Source: Candidatus Omnitrophota bacterium (GTDB lineage Bacteria; Omnitrophota; Gorgyraeia; Tantalellales; Tantalellaceae). From it: a DNA stretch of 64,000 nt. The notes under the pieces were generated by a model. The model ran no database searches. It saw only the letters and a list, made by a program, of their open reading frames with translations, and was not told the DNA's origin. Positions 27,485 through 36,940 of this stretch are shown here, piece by piece; the stretch's first letter is position 1, and every line of letters begins with the position of its first letter. The stretch is from assembly GCA_014728045.1 (NCBI GenBank), contig WJMH01000012.1, positions 63,239 to 127,238 of the forward strand, written 5' to 3'. The position numbers and the translations under genes were made by a program.

Positions 27485-28303
27485 ATGAATAAAAAGGACT
27501 TGGGCGCGTTAAAGGAAAAGGCGCGGCAATACCGGAAGCAGATCCTCAAGGTCGTATCCGCTGCCGGCAGCGGACATCCGGGAGGGTCCCTCTCAGCAGT
27601 TGAGATACTCACCAGCCTTTACTGCTACAAGATGAGGCACGATCCCGCGCGGCCCGGCTGGCGCATGAGGGACAGGTTCATCATGTCCAAGGGGCATGCT
27701 TCACCGGCTCTATATGTCACGCTGGCGGACCGGGGGTTTTTCTCCGAGGAAGAACTGGCTACATTCAGGAAGATCGACAGCCGTCTTCAGGGGCATGTGC
27801 ACACGAGCGTTCCGGGTGTTGAGCTTTCAACCGGGTCCCTGGGCCAGGGGCTTTCGGTCGCGAACGGTGTCGCCCTGGCGGCCAAGATCCGGAAGAAGGA
27901 TTTTAAGGTTTATTGTCTACTGGGCGACGGTGAGATCCAGGAAGGCCAGATATGGGAAGCGGCCATGACCGCGCCCCAGCATGAACTGGATAACCTGTGC
28001 GCGATCCTAGACGCCAATGGACTGCAACAGAACGAACCGGTCGCCAAGGTGAAGGACCTGGAACCATTGGCGGACAAATGGAAGGATTTCGGCTGGAACG
28101 TTCTGGAGGTTGACGGCCACGACCTGGGCGAGTTGACCGATGCCCTGGACCAAAGCGGGTTGGTCAAGGGCAGGCCCACTTTTATCATTGCCCGGACGGT
28201 CAAGGGCAAGGGGGTTTCCTTCATGGAGGGTAAGACCGAATGGCACGGTAAAGCGCCCGAAAAGGAGGAGCTGGAAAAGGCTCTCGAAGAACTCGGGTTT
28301 TAG
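27485..28303 (+). CDS. Transketolase, N-terminal subunit
   Basis: 'SGHPGGSLS', 'SKGHAS', 'TGSLGQG', TPP motif 'GDGEIQEG'. Confidence 0.93.
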   Translation: MNKKDLGALKEKARQYRKQILKVVSAAGSGHPGGSLSAVEILTSLYCYKMRHDPARPGWRMRDRFIMSKGHASPALYVTLADRGFFSEEELATFRKIDSRLQGHVHTSVPGVELSTGSLGQGLSVANGVALAAKIRKKDFKVYCLLGDGEIQEGQIWEAAMTAPQHELDNLCAILDANGLQQNEPVAKVKDLEPLADKWKDFGWNVLEVDGHDLGELTDALDQSGLVKGRPTFIIARTVKGKGVSFMEGKTEWHGKAPEKEELEKALEELGF

Positions 28304-28317
28304 CGGGAAGGTACCGG

Positions 28318-29268
28318 ATGGAACAGAAGAAAGCTACAAGGGATGCTTTCGGGGAAGCTATTCTCCGGATGGGCAGGGAAAACGAGGATATCGTGGTGCT
28401 TTCGGCCGATCTTGAGGATTCGACGCGGACAGAATCTTTCAAGAACGAATTCCCCGAAAGGTTCTTCAATCTAGGCATAGCAGAACAGGACCTTTTGGGT
28501 ACGGCCGCGGGGCTTTCCATGGAAGGCCTAATACCCTTCGCATGTTCTTTCGCGGTTTTTATCACTAACCAGGCTTACGGTATACTCCGCATCTCGATCT
28601 GCTATGACAACAGGAACGTTAAGATCATCGGTTCCCATGCAGGTATAACCGTGGGTCCTGATGGGGCGACCGCCCAGTGCCTGGAGGACCTGGCGATAAC
28701 CCGCGTTTTGCCGAACCTCACGGTTCTCTCGCCCTGTGACGCGGTAGAGGCGACCAAAGCGACAGAAGCCATGGCAGGTATAAGAGGTCCGGTTTATATG
28801 CGTCTTGGAAGAACGGCTTTTCCGGTGATAACCGCTGAGCGGGACGCGTTCGAGATAGGTAAGGCCAACGTTATGCGTGAGGGTAAGGATGTCGCGGTGT
28901 TAGCAACAGGGCTTATGGTATCGGAATCACTGAAGGCGGCCCGCATGCTCTCCGAGGAAGGTATTGAGGCACGGGTTATCAATATCCATACCGTTAAACC
29001 CATTGATGAGGATGAGATAATACGCGCGGCCCGTGAGACCGCAGCGGTGGTAACGGCAGAAGAGCACCAGGTGCACGGAGGTCTGGGCAGCGCTGTCGCG
29101 GAAGTACTCGCCTGTCATTCCCCGGTCCCGGTTGAAATGATAGCGGTCAGGGATATCTTCGGCGAATCGGGGCAGCCGGAAGAACTTCTTGCTAAATACC
29201 ATCTTACCGACACGGATATAGCCGAAGCCTGCAGGAGGGTTCTCCGGAGGAAGAAAGAAATTGGATAA
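28318..29268 (+). CDS. Transketolase, C-terminal subunit
   Basis: 'GIAEQ', 'GPDGAT', 'GPVYMRLGR', 'TAEEHQVHGGLGSAVAE'. Confidence 0.93.
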   Translation: MEQKKATRDAFGEAILRMGRENEDIVVLSADLEDSTRTESFKNEFPERFFNLGIAEQDLLGTAAGLSMEGLIPFACSFAVFITNQAYGILRISICYDNRNVKIIGSHAGITVGPDGATAQCLEDLAITRVLPNLTVLSPCDAVEATKATEAMAGIRGPVYMRLGRTAFPVITAERDAFEIGKANVMREGKDVAVLATGLMVSESLKAARMLSEEGIEARVINIHTVKPIDEDEIIRAARETAAVVTAEEHQVHGGLGSAVAEVLACHSPVPVEMIAVRDIFGESGQPEELLAKYHLTDTDIAEACRRVLRRKKEIG

Positions 29269-29313
29269 ATCGAGCGAGGTCCAGTTATTAAGCTGAACGG
29301 AATGTAATCGGAG

Positions 29314-29889
29314 GTGAAAATGAAAGTTCCTTTACAGATCAGTTTCAGAGGTATACCCGCCAGTGATGATATCAAGGCCCTGGTGGAGGAGAAGACGGGC
29401 AAACTGGAAGAGGTGTGTGACCATATCAATAGCTGCAGGGTCGCCATTGAAAAGACGCAGGAGCACCAGGAAAGAGGAAACCCCTACAGGGTGCGCCTTG
29501 ATATCACCGTCACGCCCGGTCATGAAATAGCCGTAAGGAGAGAGCCCAGCAGGGGGGACCTTCATAAACCTCTTGAATTCGTCGTCCGTGACGCTTTCCA
29601 CGCCGCGCGGGGACAGCTGATCGAACTTACCGACCGCCAGAGGCGCGAGGTGAAAACCCATCCGCACCAGCAGGCCAACGCGCTGGTCTCCAAGGTCTTC
29701 ACCGACCAGGGATACGGTTTCTTGGAGACTATAGACGGACGGGAAATATATTTTCACCAGAACAGTGTTCTGAATAACGGTTTTGAACGCTTGAAACCGG
29801 GGACCGCTGTTCGTTACGTCGAGGAAGAGGGCCAGAAGGGGCCCCAGGCGAGCACGGTGCATATCATTGAACAGATATCCGACCTTTAA
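29314..29889 (+). CDS. HPF/RaiA ribosome-associated domain fused to a cold-shock domain
   Basis: 'PLQISFRGI' S30AE-like N-terminus; CSD 'GYGFLET.DGREIYFHQNSV...GQKGPQAS'. Confidence 0.85.
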   Translation: MKMKVPLQISFRGIPASDDIKALVEEKTGKLEEVCDHINSCRVAIEKTQEHQERGNPYRVRLDITVTPGHEIAVRREPSRGDLHKPLEFVVRDAFHAARGQLIELTDRQRREVKTHPHQQANALVSKVFTDQGYGFLETIDGREIYFHQNSVLNNGFERLKPGTAVRYVEEEGQKGPQASTVHIIEQISDL

Positions 29890-29897
29890 TCTCAAAT

Positions 29898-30626
29898 ATG
29901 AAGATAAGATTTCTGGGCACCAGAGGCTATATAAAGCCCCGGTCGTCATCGCATAAGATGCACAGCTGCATGATGGTGTCCTATTACACTACACGCCTTT
30001 TGGTGGACTGCGGCGAGGACTGGCTCGGACGGGTTGAGGAACTCTCCCCGGACGCTATAGTTCTCACGCACGCGCATCCTGACCACGCGTGGGGGCTTAA
30101 ACGATGTGCGCCCTGCCCCGTGCATGCTACCGCCGAAACCTGGGAGGAGATTAAGGATTTTGATGTCGCAGAGAATAACCGCAGGAAGATCTCCCCTGGA
30201 AGGAAGAAGACCATTGGCAGGCTGAGCGTTAAAGCTTTTACCGTCGAACATTCCACGCGCTGCCCCGCGGTCGGATACAGGATAGAAGCGGGTGATAGCA
30301 AGATATTTTACGCGCCCGATCTGGTCTATATCCATGACAGGGAAAAAGCGCTTAAGGGGATAGATCTTTACATCGGTGACGGGGCCACCCTCAAAAGCCC
30401 AATGGTCAGAAAAAGAGGGAACAGGCTCATCGGGCATGTTCCGGTTAGAACGCAGCTTACCTGGTGCGCTAAGGAAAATGTCCCCCGAGCAGCTATCACG
30501 CACTGCGGCTCCGGTATCGTTAAAGCCGACCCCCGAAAGCTCGCCAATGATCTGAGAAAAATGGCTGATGAAAGAGGCGTCGAAGCTTTTATAGCAAAAG
30601 ACGGCATGGAACTTGTGCTGAGGTGA
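29898..30626 (+). CDS. MBL-fold metallohydrolase
   Basis: 'FLGTRG', 'LVDCG', 'THAHPDH', 'VEHS'. Confidence 0.85.
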   Translation: MKIRFLGTRGYIKPRSSSHKMHSCMMVSYYTTRLLVDCGEDWLGRVEELSPDAIVLTHAHPDHAWGLKRCAPCPVHATAETWEEIKDFDVAENNRRKISPGRKKTIGRLSVKAFTVEHSTRCPAVGYRIEAGDSKIFYAPDLVYIHDREKALKGIDLYIGDGATLKSPMVRKRGNRLIGHVPVRTQLTWCAKENVPRAAITHCGSGIVKADPRKLANDLRKMADERGVEAFIAKDGMELVLR

Positions 30627-30824
30627 GCGGTATCGTCCCTTCCCGGAAAGAGGTGCTTTACCCCCCAGGAGTATTCCGGCGCGCGGTAGAATAAAGTCAG
30701 TAAAAAGTGGATTCTGCCAATTGCCTGCGGGTAAGTAATCTATAATAATATTATTAAAAGATTTTCAGCGGCGGATTGATCATTTTGGGATGTTAACGGA
30801 TCTATCGATAGGGGTGTATAAGGG

Positions 30825-31517
30825 ATGAAAGAGAATATCAAGATAGTTCAGCACGGAAGCGGGACGTTTTCCGACAGAAGCCATGCGGGCAAGATGCTGG
30901 CGGAAGCTCTAAAGGATTACGATCTGGAGGATCCGTTGATATTGGGCATACCAAGGGGCGGAGTGGTAGTGGCCGAGGAAGTTGCCGATTCGCTCGGTTC
31001 GCAACTCGATATAGTCCTTTCGAGCAAACTGGCAGCACCGGTCAATCCGGAACTGGCCATCGGTGCCGTCAGTGAAACCGGAAAGGTATTTATGGATCCC
31101 CGCCTCTCTTCGAGAGAATGGCCCGAAGGGTATATCGAGTCGGAGAAGAGAGAAAAAATGGGAAAGATCGAGCGCCGCAGGGAGATTTTCCGTAAGGCAA
31201 GGCCCAAAGCGCGGATGGAAGGAAGGACCCTGGTGGTGGTCGATGACGGCCTGGCCACGGGTTCCACGATGGAAGCGGCTCTGTGGGGAGCACGGCAGGA
31301 AAGGCCTTCAAAACTCATAGCCGCTGTTCCCGTCGCATCGGAAAGCGCCCTGGGAAGGATAAGCGAGGCTGCCGACCAGGTCCTGTGTGTCCGCCTTCCG
31401 AGCCTCTTCATGGCGGTAAGCCAGTTTTACGCGAACTTTCCGCAGACCACCGATGAGGAAGTTATTGAAATACTCAAAAAAGCTAGTACGAAGGAGAAGA
31501 AAGGCAATGGACCTTGA
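30825..31517 (+). CDS. Phosphoribosyltransferase (COG1926-type)
   Basis: 'FSDRSHAG', 'IPRGGV', PRPP motif 'VVVDDGLATGST'. Confidence 0.9.
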   Translation: MKENIKIVQHGSGTFSDRSHAGKMLAEALKDYDLEDPLILGIPRGGVVVAEEVADSLGSQLDIVLSSKLAAPVNPELAIGAVSETGKVFMDPRLSSREWPEGYIESEKREKMGKIERRREIFRKARPKARMEGRTLVVVDDGLATGSTMEAALWGARQERPSKLIAAVPVASESALGRISEAADQVLCVRLPSLFMAVSQFYANFPQTTDEEVIEILKKASTKEKKGNGP

Positions 31518-31911
31518 TAAGAGGGCAATGGATATTTTCAGGAGGACCGGATACGCATTTATAGCCACTTCTTCCAACGGAGTTTCTCACCTGGCCGTTA
31601 CAAGCGGACTTGATTTCACCGGTCGAGGCGGAATAGTGGTAAGTGAATGGTTCTGCCCGAGAACTCTTGAGAACCTGGAGGTTAATCCCTGGCTCTCTAT
31701 CGTTATTTGGGACCCCGAGGAGGATAAGGGGGTACAGATATATGGACGCAAAAAAGATCTAAAGGAAACAGAGGTGCTTGACGGTCAACCGGCGACGATG
31801 GAGAGGAACCGGCATATTCCGCAAGTCAATAGCTCCCTCTCCATAGAGGTCGAGCGCGTGAGCGAATTCGTCAAAGGACCGCACAGTGACGACCGTATAA
31901 GGGGGAAGTGA
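31507..31911 (+). CDS. Pyridoxamine 5'-phosphate oxidase-like FMN-binding protein
   Basis: 'FIATSSNGVSHL', 'RTLENLEVNP', 'GVQIYG'. Confidence 0.75.
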   Translation: MDLDKRAMDIFRRTGYAFIATSSNGVSHLAVTSGLDFTGRGGIVVSEWFCPRTLENLEVNPWLSIVIWDPEEDKGVQIYGRKKDLKETEVLDGQPATMERNRHIPQVNSSLSIEVERVSEFVKGPHSDDRIRGK

Positions 31912-32570
31912 TGAAAAATAATATAATAGAGATAAATGTCGATAAGGGCGTGCTCAAGGGCGAATTGAACATACCGGAGAGAGCCCGACAGTTAATACTT
32001 TTTGCGCACGGAAGCGCCAGCGGATGGCAGAGCCCGAGGAACAGACATGTTGCTTCCCGTTTCCAGAAGGAAGGATATGCCACCTTGCTTTTTGACCTTC
32101 TTACCGGAGAGGAAGCGCGTGAGGATGCGGTAAACGCCAATTTCAGGTTCAATATAGCTCTTTTGTCGCAGAGGATGAAACAGGCCACGCGGTGGGCATC
32201 CGCTTTGCCGGAGGCTTCCGGTGTGGAGATAGCCTATTTCGGTTCAAGTACGGGTGTAGCCGCGGCTATAATCTCTGCTGTCGAGCTTGAAGGGAAGATC
32301 ACCTCTCTGGTATCAAGAGGTGGAAGGTCCGATATGGCAGAAGAACATTTACCGAACCTTAAAAGCCCCATTCTTTTCGTGGTAGGAGGCAATGACCCCG
32401 TGGTGATGGATATTAACCGCAGGTCCGCCAAGAAGTTGACCTGCGAAAACAGTATAGAGGTAATAGAAGGGGCATCCCATCTATTTGAGGAGCCCGGGGC
32501 GCTGGACAGGGTCGCGGAACTGGCAGCCGACTGGTATGCTCGGCACCCCGGGACCGTAAAGAGTAAATAA
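31908..32570 (+). CDS. Alpha/beta hydrolase (dienelactone hydrolase-like)
   Basis: 'LFAHGS', nucleophile elbow 'YFGSSTG', 'VSRGGR', 'GASHLFEE'. Confidence 0.85.
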   Translation: MMKNNIIEINVDKGVLKGELNIPERARQLILFAHGSASGWQSPRNRHVASRFQKEGYATLLFDLLTGEEAREDAVNANFRFNIALLSQRMKQATRWASALPEASGVEIAYFGSSTGVAAAIISAVELEGKITSLVSRGGRSDMAEEHLPNLKSPILFVVGGNDPVVMDINRRSAKKLTCENSIEVIEGASHLFEEPGALDRVAELAADWYARHPGTVKSK

Positions 32571-32680
32571 CACGCTTGGAACCGGGAAAATTCTCCGGTG
32601 TCTAAGAGGATATCGATAATATGCTTTTTCCGGTATCCGCCTTTGCGAAGAAACCGGAACAAAAGAAAAGGAGCGTTCTA

Positions 32681-33052
32681 ATGAAGAATAAGTTTTTTAT
32701 TTTGGTATTCATAATAGCTGTAATGGTCGCGTTCTTGAGCCCGGCGGTGATTTCATCAGCGGACGATGATTCATCAAGGCTCCTGAAAAGAGGACTTTTG
32801 GGGGCCGGAGCAGGCGCGGCGGGCAGCGCCGCCGGCGGCGGCAACGTCGGCACAGGTGCTTTGGTCGGAGCGGGAGTGAACGTTGTCGGAGGAGCCTTGC
32901 TGGATTCAATGACCGGCGAAAAAGTAAGGGACGCCGACGAAGTTCAGAAAATGGATCCCCAGGCCGCCTACAAGAGGGGATACAAGGACGGTTACAATAA
33001 CGGCTACAAAGCGGGCTACAAAGAAGGTATACAGGAAAATATGCCGAAATAG
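32681..33052 (+). CDS. Secreted glycine-zipper protein
   Basis: Signal peptide, 'GLLGAGAGAAG...GALVGAG', C-terminal GYxx repeats; SD AAGGAG. Confidence 0.7.
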   Translation: MKNKFFILVFIIAVMVAFLSPAVISSADDDSSRLLKRGLLGAGAGAAGSAAGGGNVGTGALVGAGVNVVGGALLDSMTGEKVRDADEVQKMDPQAAYKRGYKDGYNNGYKAGYKEGIQENMPK

Positions 33053-33156
33053 GTTTAGTCTGGCAGCTTACGGGTGAAAGGATCCTGAAGTATTACCCGG
33101 CACGGCCGCTTCTGTCCGGAAAAGCTCATCCGGAACGTGCTTTCCAGATGTTAAAC

Positions 33157-33184
33157 TTGACAGAACTGGCCTGCCCATTATAGT
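33157..33184 (+). promoter_or_regulatory. Sigma70 promoter
   Basis: TTGACA-N16-TATAGT upstream of the GNAT gene. Confidence 0.55.
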
Positions 33185-33242
33185 TAATATTATGGGAAGG
33201 GCCCCCATTATTTATTTCGGATGCGGGTAATAGACGTAATAT

Positions 33243-33692
33243 ATGGAGAAAGATAAATTCAATATCACAGAAGCTGTGGTCCGGAGGGCTGATGCCGGGG
33301 ACCAGGAATACATAAACGAGAAGCTTGAAAAATATCTTTTGGATCGGGAAGACCCCGATTGGCGCAACTTCTATGTGGTCAAATATAAAGATAGAACCGT
33401 CGGTTTCGGAAGGATTATAGATCACGGTGCGTATCTGGAACTTGCTTCTATCGGGGTGGATTATTATTTTCGGGGAAAAGACATAGGGACCAGATTGACA
33501 AGGTTCCTTGTAAAAGAGGCGAAGAAAACGGCGCCTGGTAAGGAAGTTTATCTTGTAACGCACATACCGGGGTATTTCAGAAGGGCCGGCTTCAAAGAAA
33601 TAAAAGGCCCGGGTCCCGAAGAACTGGAGTATAAGCGCCATAATAAATGCAAGCTTGACGCTTCGCGGATTAAGATCATGAAACTATCCTGA
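33243..33692 (+). CDS. GNAT family N-acetyltransferase
   Basis: 'LASIGVDYYFRGKDIG', 'YFRRAGF'. Confidence 0.85.
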   Translation: MEKDKFNITEAVVRRADAGDQEYINEKLEKYLLDREDPDWRNFYVVKYKDRTVGFGRIIDHGAYLELASIGVDYYFRGKDIGTRLTRFLVKEAKKTAPGKEVYLVTHIPGYFRRAGFKEIKGPGPEELEYKRHNKCKLDASRIKIMKLS

Positions 33693-33711
33693 ACCGGCAA
33701 AGGAGGTCGAT

Positions 33712-34002
33712 ATGGGTTTACGCGAGGAACAGAAAAACAAGGTCGAAGCTCAGATCAAGGAATGGGACGCCAAGATCGAAGAACTCAAAGCTAAAGCCGC
33801 ACAGGTCACATCCGATAACAAGATCGAATACTTCAGGCAGATAGAAAAGCTGGAGAACAAGAGGGACGCGGTAAAGAAGGATCTGGAGGAAATGGTCTCT
33901 TCGGGTGAGGACAAGGTGGAGCTGTTCAAGGAAAAACTTGATGCCGCCGTGGAGGAGGCCAAAGGCATACTGGAAGGTATCGCTTCAATGTTCGGCAGGT
34001 GA
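33712..34002 (+). CDS. Small coiled-coil protein (sll1863-like stress protein)
   Basis: 'EAQIKEWDAKIEELKAKA' heptads; SD AAGGAGG. Confidence 0.7.
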   Translation: MGLREEQKNKVEAQIKEWDAKIEELKAKAAQVTSDNKIEYFRQIEKLENKRDAVKKDLEEMVSSGEDKVELFKEKLDAAVEEAKGILEGIASMFGR

Positions 34003-34031
34003 GCGCACCGTTCATCATCCGGGGATTTATC

Positions 34032-34655
34032 ATGGTACAAGATAAAAAAAGCACTTTTGGCACAAGATTGCGCAGGTACCTGATCTCAGGTATCGCTACG
34101 GTTCTGCCCCTGTTTATAACCTTTTACATAATAGGGTTCCTATTTCACCTAGCCAACAGGTTCATGGGAAGATATATCAACGATTTTCTCGTGGCGAATT
34201 ACGGATTTTCAATACCGGGACTGGGGTTGTTGCTTCTTGTTGCCGTAACGGTATTTATCGGGGCTTTCGTGAGCAATTTCGTAGGGCGAAAGCTTTTCAG
34301 CCTTGCTGAAAGATTCTTCTACAAAACCCCGGTCGTGGCGAACATATACCCATCGGCCAAGAAACTTTCCGACTTTCTTTTCAAGGAGGAAGAAAAAAAG
34401 AAGTTCAGGAAAGTGGTGCTGGTGGAATATCCCGCACCAGGTTCTTATTCAATAGGATTTCTGACCAATAAGGGCATAGATGAGTTCAACCGCAAGACCG
34501 GCAAAGAGCTGATCACGGTACTGGTGCCGCTATCGCCCATGCCGTATTCCGGGCTGCTTCTTATCTTACCTAAAGAAAAGCTGCTGGAAGTGGATATGAC
34601 GATAAACGAGGCCCTTAAACTGGTCGTTTCCAGCGGAGTTGTTGTCCCTGAATAA
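34032..34655 (+). CDS. DUF502 family membrane protein
   Basis: 'LPLFIT', 'IY..K', 'VVLVEYP', 'IGFLT', 'VVSSG'. Confidence 0.85.
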   Translation: MVQDKKSTFGTRLRRYLISGIATVLPLFITFYIIGFLFHLANRFMGRYINDFLVANYGFSIPGLGLLLLVAVTVFIGAFVSNFVGRKLFSLAERFFYKTPVVANIYPSAKKLSDFLFKEEEKKKFRKVVLVEYPAPGSYSIGFLTNKGIDEFNRKTGKELITVLVPLSPMPYSGLLLILPKEKLLEVDMTINEALKLVVSSGVVVPE

Positions 34656-34687
34656 ATAAAGCCCTGAAAAGCTAGAAAGGTTTAAAC

Positions 34688-36940
34688 ATGTGGACGAAAT
34701 GGCTTCCATGGAGACTCATAATAAGGATATTGGCCAAGGAGCACGGGTTTATAGACCCGTTCCAGCTTCTCTCGCGTCTTACCACAATGGCGCAGCCTTC
34801 GGAAGTTCTGGCGCCGGTGGAACTCTTGCGTCTTGCGGCAGTACTTCATGCCAGGGGGCTTATAAACAGCCAGGTCATACAGAATAACCTTGACTGGTTA
34901 TGGCCTTACTGGGTGCAGAAACAGTTCGATCCCGCCAGCAGGTCATTTGTCCCGAGAGCTTTTTCCCTTACGCATATCAATCTCACTCACAGGAACTGGA
35001 CAGCCGTAGGTATACCCGGCGTGGAACAGATGCCTATAGTCGACCCCAGGGGGCTGGTAACCCCTCTTTATGACGGGTGGTCCATTGACAGCTGGCTTGT
35101 TGGCGAAGACGGCTACAGGTTAGTCCCTTCAAGAGCGCTCCGGGTGTGCCAGAAGCTTGAAATGCTGGAGAACCTGTCGGTCATGACCGATTCCGTGGAG
35201 GGGAAGAACTACCTCACCCAGAGGGTGGAGGTCGAGAACGAAAAAGGAGAGAACATTTGCAGGATAAGGCTCACTGGCAGCACTGAAAAGGAAGCTTATC
35301 TTGTGGTCTCCTTGAGGCCCTGTAACCCGGAAGGTATAAGCTTTATTCACGAGGTATCCATGATCCCATCGGGATGGCTGGTCAACAAGAAGAACAGGAT
35401 CGTTTTCGAGAACACACCGGACGGCCGGATCTTCTCCGAATATGCCCGGGGGGATGTTTTCAATGATCTATTCAGATGGGACCAGAAGCAAAATATAACC
35501 TGTAATGTGGGGCTCTGCACCGCCGCGGCGCTTTTCAAGATCGAACCCGGCGGTGAAAGAGATATAACCGTGAGCGTGCCTCTGGGAGAGGAAGAGGACA
35601 GATCCGGTAAGGGCGTTGGGATCATCCAGGAAAAATGGAAGGATACTGTCTCGGGGGTCACCAGACTTGAAATTCCCGATGAAAAAATAAAATATCTCTA
35701 TGATGCATCAATAAGGAACCTCATACTGCTTTCTCCTGAGAAGATCTACGCGGGTCCCTTTACCTATAAGCAGTTCTGGTTCAGGGACGCGGCCTACGCT
35801 CTTAACGCCATGCTGTCGGTGAACCTGAAAGAAAGGGCGCGTAATATCATTGACGCTTTTCCAAAGATGCAGACCCCTACGGGTTATTTCAGGTCCCAGG
35901 ACGGCGAATGGGATTCCAACGGGCAGGTCCTCTGGTCGATGAAAAGATACTCGGAACTTACCGGCAGGGCGCCCGAAGAGTCCTGGCGCAGGTCCATAGC
36001 CAGCGCCGTCAGGTGGATACACCGGAAAAGATCATCCAGGAAGCAGGATCCCAAATGCTCGGGGCTTTTCCCCGCGGGTTTCAGCGCCGAACATTTCGGT
36101 CCGAATGATTTTTACTACTGGGACGACTTCTGGGGAGTGGCGGGCCTCGAGGCGGGAGAGCTTATGGCCGGGATGACCGGCAACAAGGCCCTTGCCGAGG
36201 AGTGCCGCGTTGAAAAGGGATCTTTCCTCAAGGCGATAAACGAAAGCATCTCCAAAACGCAGAAGGAAGAGGGCATATCGACCGTTCCGGCCTCTCCCTT
36301 CAGGCGCATGGATTCAAGCGCAGTGGGTACGATGGTCGCGGGTTACCCCCTTAAGATATACGGTCCGCGGGAGAAGGCCATACTGGATACCGCTGATTTC
36401 CTCATTGAAAAGGATTTCTTGAACGGGCTTTTCTTCCATGAAATAGCTCATTCGGGTGTGAACATATATTTGAGCCTGCAGATAGCACAGGTCCTCCTGA
36501 GGGCGGGGGATACAAGGTTCATCGGCATCATGGACGCGGCAGGCGAGATCGCCTCCGACACCGGCCAGTGGCCCGAAGCCATACATCCCTGGACAGGCGG
36601 GGGATGCATGGGTGACGGACAGCATTTATGGGCGGCCGCAGAGTGGGTGATGATGGTACGCAACTGTTTCATAACAGAAGAAAAGGATAAGCTCGTCCTC
36701 TGTTCCGGGATCCGGGACGAATGGCTGGCCGAGGGCAACAGGCTCTTTTTCGGACCCGCTCCGACGCCTTTCGGAGATTGCAGTATAGAGATCGCCTGTT
36801 TCGGGGGAAAGATCAGCGTAGGACTTGACGCGGACTGGCGGGGGAAGAGGCCGGAAGTGGAAGTACGGTTACCCGGCCGGCCCGCCGTGCACATGGGCGA
36901 GGGGAGCGATACCGTCCAGATAGAGGCAGGTGCGGAATGA
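34688..36940 (+). CDS. Six-hairpin glycosidase-like protein (GH15/GH63-like (alpha/alpha)6 barrel)
   Basis: 'YKQFWFRDAAY', 'YYWDDFW', C-terminal 'GQWPEAIHP'. Confidence 0.7.
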   Translation: MWTKWLPWRLIIRILAKEHGFIDPFQLLSRLTTMAQPSEVLAPVELLRLAAVLHARGLINSQVIQNNLDWLWPYWVQKQFDPASRSFVPRAFSLTHINLTHRNWTAVGIPGVEQMPIVDPRGLVTPLYDGWSIDSWLVGEDGYRLVPSRALRVCQKLEMLENLSVMTDSVEGKNYLTQRVEVENEKGENICRIRLTGSTEKEAYLVVSLRPCNPEGISFIHEVSMIPSGWLVNKKNRIVFENTPDGRIFSEYARGDVFNDLFRWDQKQNITCNVGLCTAAALFKIEPGGERDITVSVPLGEEEDRSGKGVGIIQEKWKDTVSGVTRLEIPDEKIKYLYDASIRNLILLSPEKIYAGPFTYKQFWFRDAAYALNAMLSVNLKERARNIIDAFPKMQTPTGYFRSQDGEWDSNGQVLWSMKRYSELTGRAPEESWRRSIASAVRWIHRKRSSRKQDPKCSGLFPAGFSAEHFGPNDFYYWDDFWGVAGLEAGELMAGMTGNKALAEECRVEKGSFLKAINESISKTQKEEGISTVPASPFRRMDSSAVGTMVAGYPLKIYGPREKAILDTADFLIEKDFLNGLFFHEIAHSGVNIYLSLQIAQVLLRAGDTRFIGIMDAAGEIASDTGQWPEAIHPWTGGGCMGDGQHLWAAAEWVMMVRNCFITEEKDKLVLCSGIRDEWLAEGNRLFFGPAPTPFGDCSIEIACFGGKISVGLDADWRGKRPEVEVRLPGRPAVHMGEGSDTVQIEAGAE

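Noticed and set aside
32967-33030. Short tandem repeats TACAA.../GG.TACAA
   Set aside because: They encode GYxx peptide repeats inside a CDS; not a CRISPR array or other DNA-level repeat.
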